Source: Escherichia coli
Lineage (GTDB): Bacteria; Pseudomonadota; Gammaproteobacteria; Enterobacterales; Enterobacteriaceae
Direction: 5' to 3' (one strand)
DNA: 64,000 nt
Assembly: GCF_013122565.1 (NCBI RefSeq)
Contig: NZ_CP053258.1
In this document: positions 57,813 to 64,000 of the stretch, one piece after another
How the letters are laid out: the number at the start of each line of letters is the position of its first letter
How positions within the stretch are numbered: the first letter of the stretch is position 1
Made by a program: the position numbers and the translations under genes
The notes under the pieces: generated by a model
Databases searched by the model: none
What the model was told of the DNA's origin: nothing
The model's input: the letters and a program-made list of their open reading frames with translations, nothing else

Positions 57813-58901
57813 ATGCCTCACAATCCTATCCGCGTGGTCGTCGGCCCGGCTAACTACTTTTCACATCCAGGAAGTTTCAATCACCTGCACGATTTTTTCA
57901 CTGATGAACAGCTTTCTCGCGCGGTGTGGATCTACGGCGAACGCGCCATTGCTGCGGCGCAAACCAAACTTCCGCCAGCGTTTGAACTGCCAGGGGCAAA
58001 GCATATTTTGTTTCGCGGTCATTGCAGCGAAAGCGATGTACAACAACTGGCGGCTGAGTCCGGTGACGATCGCAGCGTGGTGATTGGCATCGGCGGCGGC
58101 GCACTGCTCGACACCGCGAAAGCCCTCGCCCGCCGTCTCGGTCTGCCGTTTGTTGCCGTTCCGACGATCGCCGCCACCTGCGCCGCCTGGACACCGCTCT
58201 CCGTCTGGTATAACGATGCCGGACAGGCGCTGCATTATGAGATTTTCGACGACGCCAATTTTATGGTGCTGGTGGAGCCAGAGATTATCCTCAATGCGCC
58301 GCAACGATATCTGCTGGCGGGGATCGGTGACACGCTGGCGAAATGGTATGAAGCGGTGGTGCTGGCCCCGCAACCAGAAACGTTGCCGCTAACCGTGCGG
58401 CTAGGGATCAATAATGCGCTGGCTATTCGCGACGTCTTGTTAAACAGTAGCGAACAGGCGCTTGCCGATCAGCAAAATCACCAGTTAACGCAATCATTTT
58501 GCGATGTGGTGGATGCCATTATTGCTGGTGGTGGGATGGTTGGTGGTCTGGGCGATCGTTTTACGCGTGTGGCGGCAGCTCATGCCGTGCATAACGGTCT
58601 GACCGTGCTGCCGCAAACCGAGAAGTTTCTCCACGGCACCAAAGTCGCCTACGGAATTCTGGTGCAAAGCGCCTTGCTGGGTCAGGATGATGTGCTGGCG
58701 CAATTAACTGGAGCGTATCAGCGTTTTCATCTGCCGACTACGCTGGCGGAGCTGGAAGTGGATATCAATAATCAGGCGGAGATCGACAAAGTGATTGCCC
58801 ACACCTTGCGCCCGGTGGAATCCATTCATTACCTGCCGGTCACGCTGACACCGGATACGTTGCGTGCAGCGTTCGAAAAAGTGGAATCGTTTAAAGCCTG
58901 A
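57813..58901 (+). CDS. ybdH: Iron-type (glycerol-dehydrogenase-like) hydroxycarboxylate dehydrogenase YbdH, 362 aa
   Basis: GGGALLDTAK NAD-binding motif; family III ADH-like. Confidence 0.9.
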   Translation: MPHNPIRVVVGPANYFSHPGSFNHLHDFFTDEQLSRAVWIYGERAIAAAQTKLPPAFELPGAKHILFRGHCSESDVQQLAAESGDDRSVVIGIGGGALLDTAKALARRLGLPFVAVPTIAATCAAWTPLSVWYNDAGQALHYEIFDDANFMVLVEPEIILNAPQRYLLAGIGDTLAKWYEAVVLAPQPETLPLTVRLGINNALAIRDVLLNSSEQALADQQNHQLTQSFCDVVDAIIAGGGMVGGLGDRFTRVAAAHAVHNGLTVLPQTEKFLHGTKVAYGILVQSALLGQDDVLAQLTGAYQRFHLPTTLAELEVDINNQAEIDKVIAHTLRPVESIHYLPVTLTPDTLRAAFEKVESFKA

Positions 58902-58910
58902 CGTACACAT

Positions 58911-59108
58911 TTAGCAGCAGCGCGCGCCGCCTTTTCCACCGTAGCGCGCGTCCTGCCGCTCACGGAAAAACTCCTCGTAGGTCATCGGCGTCTGATCGGG
59001 ATGGTTAACCCGCATATGTTCGACATAGTTGTCGTAATCAGGCATACCAATCATCAGTTTCGCCGCCTGACCTAAATATTTTCCGGCTTTTGCCAGTGAA
59101 TCAAACAT
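58911..59108 (-). CDS. ybdD: DUF466 small protein YbdD (CstA partner), 65 aa
   Basis: ORF 58911..59108 downstream of cstA on same strand. Confidence 0.85.
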   Translation of the reverse strand: MFDSLAKAGKYLGQAAKLMIGMPDYDNYVEHMRVNHPDQTPMTYEEFFRERQDARYGGKGGARCC

Positions 59109-59141
59109 TAATACCTCCGGTAATCAGGTTGCCAGGAGAGT

Positions 59142-59175
59142 GCCGGATGCGGCGTGAACGCCTTATCCGGCCTAC
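59142..59175. repeat. REP palindromic unit in cstA-ybdD spacer
   Basis: GCCGGATGCGGCGTGAACGCCTTATCCGGCCTAC, canonical REP-like sequence. Confidence 0.7.
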
Positions 59176-59201
59176 AAATGCTATCAACGTGCTCGGTCAG
59201 T

Positions 59202-59246
59202 CCCCTCGCCCCACCGGGGAGAGGGTTAGGGTGAGGGGAAACCCTC
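59202..59246. repeat. G/C-rich palindromic repeat adjacent to REP
   Basis: CCCCTCGCCCCACCGGGGAGAGGGTTAGGGTGAGGGGAAACCCTC with internal inverted symmetry. Confidence 0.5.
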
Positions 59247-59289
59247 GGCGCCATGCCAACATTCGCCAACATTCCCCCTCACTCTGACT

Positions 59290-61395
59290 TTAGTGCGCGC
59301 CTTTTGCCTGCGCCACGATCTCCTCGACATTTTCCGGCATCGGCTCATACGGCGTTTCTTTCGCCGTTGGCTTCGGATCTTTCAATGCCGCAAGTGCCGT
59401 CTTAATCGAGAACAGTGCCAGAACCACCACGACCACCATAAAGAAGATGGTTAACCCGGCATCCAGACGGTTGTTGAACACCAGTTGCGCCAGCTGTGAC
59501 TCAGTATACTGCGACGGAATATTGCCGCTGTCGATCATTGCCTGGAACTTGTTAGCAATCGCCAGGAAGCCGACTTTCGCATCCGGGCTAAACGCTTTCT
59601 GCCAGCCTGCGGTCAGGGTACAAATCAGCAGCCAGGCCGTTGGTACCAGCGCCACCCAGGCGTAACGTTGACGTTTCATTTTGAACAGCACTACGGCACA
59701 GAGCATCAGCGCCATCCCTGCCAGCATCTGGTTGGCAATACCAAACAGCGGCCACAGAGTGTTAATACCGCCCAGCGGATCGACCACGCCCTGATGGAGG
59801 AAGTAGCCCCACGCCAGTACGCACAGCGCCGTTGCCAGCAGGTTAGCAGGCAGTGAATCGGTCCGTTTCAGACCCGGAGACACCACGCCCAGCAGATCCT
59901 GCAACATAAAGCGCGCAGCACGCGTACCTGCATCCACCGCCGTCAGAATAAACAGTGCTTCAAACAAAATGGCGAAGTGATACCAGAACGCCACATCCAT
60001 CATGCCGCCCAGCGCGCCGTGCAGAATGTAGGCCATCCCCACCGCCAGCGTCGGCGCACCGCCCGCACGGGAAATGATCGACTGTTCACCCACTTCGCTG
60101 GCAATCTGGTTTAGCGTATCCGGGGTAATCGCAAAGCCCCAGCTACTCACCACCTGCGCGGCAGAAGCGACCACATCCGCCGTCCCTGCCGGAGCCAGCA
60201 CCGCCATCGGGCTGTTCATGGCGAAGTACACACCCGGATCGATGATACAGGCGGAAACCAGCGCCATAATCGCTACGAAGGATTCCATCAACATCCCGCC
60301 GTAGCCGATAAAGCACGCCTGCCCTTCGTTCGCCAGCATCTTCGGCGTGGTGCCGGAAGAGATCAGCGCATGGAAGCCAGACACCGCGCCACAGGCGATG
60401 GTGATAAACAGGAACGGGAACAGGTTACCGGTCCATACCGGGCCAGTGCCATCGACAAATTTGGTCAGCGCAGGCATGGTCAGCGTCGGGCGCATAATCA
60501 AAATGCCTACCGCCAGACCGACGATAGTCCCGATTTTCAGGAAGGTAGAAAGGTAGTCACGCGGAGCCAGCAGCAACCACACCGGCAGCACCGCCGCCAC
60601 AAAACCGTAACCCACCAGCATCCAGGTCAGCTGCACGCCGGTAAAGTCAAAGTACGGTGCCCAGGTCGGGCTTTCTGCCACCCAGCCGCCAGAGATAATG
60701 GCGAAAATCAGGAATACCAGACCGATGACCGACACTTCACCAATACGCCCCGGACGCAGATAGCGCAGGTAGATCCCCATAAACAGCGCCAGCGGAATGG
60801 TGAACGCAACGGTATACGTTCCCCACGGGCTATGAGTCAGGGCTTTCACCACGATCATCGCCAGTACTGCAAGGATAATGACCATGATCATAAAGCAGGC
60901 CACCAGCGCTATCACCCCGGCGGTTGGCCCCATCTCTTCTTTGACCAGCTCACCCAGCGATCGACCGTCACGGCGCGTAGAAACAAACAGCACCATGAAA
61001 TCCTGCACCGCACCGGCGAGAACCACCCCGGCGAGCAGCCAGATCATCCCTGGCAGGTAACCCATTTGCGCCGCCAGTACCGGCCCAACCAACGGACCTG
61101 CTCCGGCAATGGCCGCAAAATGGTGACCGAACAGCACTTTCTTGTCCGTCGGCACATAGTCCAGCCCGTCGTTATGCCGCACCGCTGGCGTCATACGCGT
61201 CGGGTCAACCGCCAGCACATTTTTGGCGATATACAGACCATAAAAACGGTAAGCGATCAGATAGATACAGACCGACGCCACCACAATCCACAGTGCGTTG
61301 ATCTGTTCCCCACGATTTAAAGCAATGTATCCCAGAGCAAATGCTCCCATTACAGAGAGCACTGTCCAGACGAGGTATTTCCCTGATTTGTTCAT
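59290..61395 (-). CDS. cstA: Carbon-starvation / pyruvate-peptide transporter CstA, 701 aa
   Basis: Large polytopic membrane protein; recognised sequence. Confidence 0.9.
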   Translation of the reverse strand: MNKSGKYLVWTVLSVMGAFALGYIALNRGEQINALWIVVASVCIYLIAYRFYGLYIAKNVLAVDPTRMTPAVRHNDGLDYVPTDKKVLFGHHFAAIAGAGPLVGPVLAAQMGYLPGMIWLLAGVVLAGAVQDFMVLFVSTRRDGRSLGELVKEEMGPTAGVIALVACFMIMVIILAVLAMIVVKALTHSPWGTYTVAFTIPLALFMGIYLRYLRPGRIGEVSVIGLVFLIFAIISGGWVAESPTWAPYFDFTGVQLTWMLVGYGFVAAVLPVWLLLAPRDYLSTFLKIGTIVGLAVGILIMRPTLTMPALTKFVDGTGPVWTGNLFPFLFITIACGAVSGFHALISSGTTPKMLANEGQACFIGYGGMLMESFVAIMALVSACIIDPGVYFAMNSPMAVLAPAGTADVVASAAQVVSSWGFAITPDTLNQIASEVGEQSIISRAGGAPTLAVGMAYILHGALGGMMDVAFWYHFAILFEALFILTAVDAGTRAARFMLQDLLGVVSPGLKRTDSLPANLLATALCVLAWGYFLHQGVVDPLGGINTLWPLFGIANQMLAGMALMLCAVVLFKMKRQRYAWVALVPTAWLLICTLTAGWQKAFSPDAKVGFLAIANKFQAMIDSGNIPSQYTESQLAQLVFNNRLDAGLTIFFMVVVVVLALFSIKTALAALKDPKPTAKETPYEPMPENVEEIVAQAKGAH

Positions 61396-61575
61396 AGTTG
61401 TTATCCGTGTGCGTGTCCATAGAGATGTTACATTTTGTTTCTATAACATCTTTGTACGATTTAACAACACGGCAACCATGTAAATCGGAGTTGAAACCAA
61501 TATTTAACTTAACAATGTTAACTCGATCACTCCGTTAACCGAGTTTTCCTGCAATCTCATTTAATTCTGTCGGGC

Positions 61576-62737
<1,162 letters not shown>

Positions 62738-62738
<1 letters not shown>

Positions 62739-63595
62739 TATTTCACCTCGCGGGAGAGTAGCTTCCACCAGGCGTCGATGGTCGGGTTTTTCGCCAGCAT
62801 GACAAAGTCGATATCGCCATGCACTTTGCGCCAGCGCGCCGCCAGCGCCATCATGCGCACCGAATCCAGACCGTAGTCGATCAGGTTGTCGTCATCGAAC
62901 GGTTCATCGGACTCGTCCAGCAACGGCAGGATAACCTCACGCAGCGCCGCTTTGCTGGCGGGGACAGGTGCTGGCAGTAATTCTTCAGTCATCACCACCC
63001 GGCCAGACCGTCCGGCCACATATTTCAGCGACATCAAATGCTCGTCACGGCTGAAATCGGCCAGCGCATCCGCCACCATAAACGGTTTAATATCGCGCAT
63101 AAATGCGTCGGTTGCGGTAGTCATACAGCCAATGTGGGCATATACCCCGGTAATAATCAGCTGGTTACGTCCACTCTCTTTGAGCATTTGCTCCAGCGGA
63201 GAACGATGAAACGCGCTGTAGCGCCACTTCACCAGCACCGTGTCGTCGGCATCTGGCGTCAGGCGATCCACCACCTTTTGCTGTTCCGGCGAACGGGTCA
63301 GGCCCGGCCCCCACATATCATTCAACAGCGCCCGATCTTCATCGCTCTGCTCTTTCGGCTGGGCGGTGTAATAAACCGGAATATTGTGCTGTTTGCAGTA
63401 GTCGCGCAGCGCAGCAATATTCGCGATCACCTGCTCCATCATCGGGCAGTTCTCGCCCCAGAAGCTGACAAAATAGTCCTGCATATCATGGATTAACAAC
63501 GCGGCACGTTGCGGTTCAAAGGCCCAGTCGACTTTATTCTTAGGGATATCGTGAGACTCCGGCAGTGCGTAAGCCTGTAATTTTGGAATAGCCAT
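62738..63595 (-). CDS. entB: Isochorismatase / aryl carrier protein EntB, 285 aa
   Basis: Isochorismatase N-domain plus C-terminal carrier domain with GLDSVR serine motif. Confidence 0.95.
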
Positions 63596-63608
63596 CGTGT
63601 TCTCTCCT

Positions 63609-64000
63609 TCAGGCTGATGCGCGTGACGCCAGCCACTGACGTAATTGTTTTTTATCGACTTTCCCGACCGCCGTCAGCGGAAGTGAATCCACACACTCCA
63701 CGCGATCCGGTAATTTAAATTCGGCAATACCCTGTTCACGCAGGAAACGACGCACCTGCACCGCGCGCAGCGGCTCTTTTACCACCAGATAAGCACAGCT
63801 TTTTTCGCCCATCAGCTCATCTTCCATACTGACCAGTGCGGCGTAGATCACCGCCGGATGGCGCAGCAGCAGGTTTTCGATCTCTTCGGCAGCGATCTTC
63901 TCACCGCCACGGTTGATCTGATCTTTCTCGCGCCCCTGCACGGTGATGTACCCCTCTGGATCAATAGAGATCAGATCGCCGGAACAGTAAAAACCGTTGG
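63609..64000 (-). CDS. entE: 2,3-dihydroxybenzoate-AMP ligase EntE, C-terminal part (gene continues beyond window)
   Basis: Open frame to window edge; adenylation-enzyme C-terminal sequence; stop at 63609. Confidence 0.9.

Overview
This 64 kb window reads as a contiguous Enterobacteriaceae chromosome segment with Escherichia coli gene order, running from the 3' end of ybeZ to the 3' end of entE. It is densely coding, with about 64 protein genes. They include ybeY-corC-lnt, gltIJKL, rihA, the hscC chaperone island, leuS-lptE-holA-nadD-cobC-rsfS-rlmH-mrdA-mrdB-rlpA-dacA, lipB/lipA, tatE, crcB, cspE, pagP, dcuC, the dpiBA/citCDEFXG-citT citrate-fermentation locus, rna, rnk, ahpCF, dsbG, ybdONM, cstA-ybdD and entHAB. 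No rRNA, tRNA, CRISPR array, IS element or integrase was recognised. Gene names come from my recognition of the translated ORFs and were not checked against any database. The two most system-like, poorly understood loci are the AT-rich HscC (Hsp70) island with two duplicated DUF1266/J-protein pairs, and the ybdO-ybdN-ybdM cluster (LysR regulator, PP-loop PAPS-reductase-like protein, ParB/Srx-like protein). Smaller observations include a sigma-54-type element upstream of gltI, an FNR-like site upstream of dcuC, a possible 29-codon membrane peptide ORF abutting ybdR, REP-type repeats, several intrinsic terminators and an intact ybeM reading frame.
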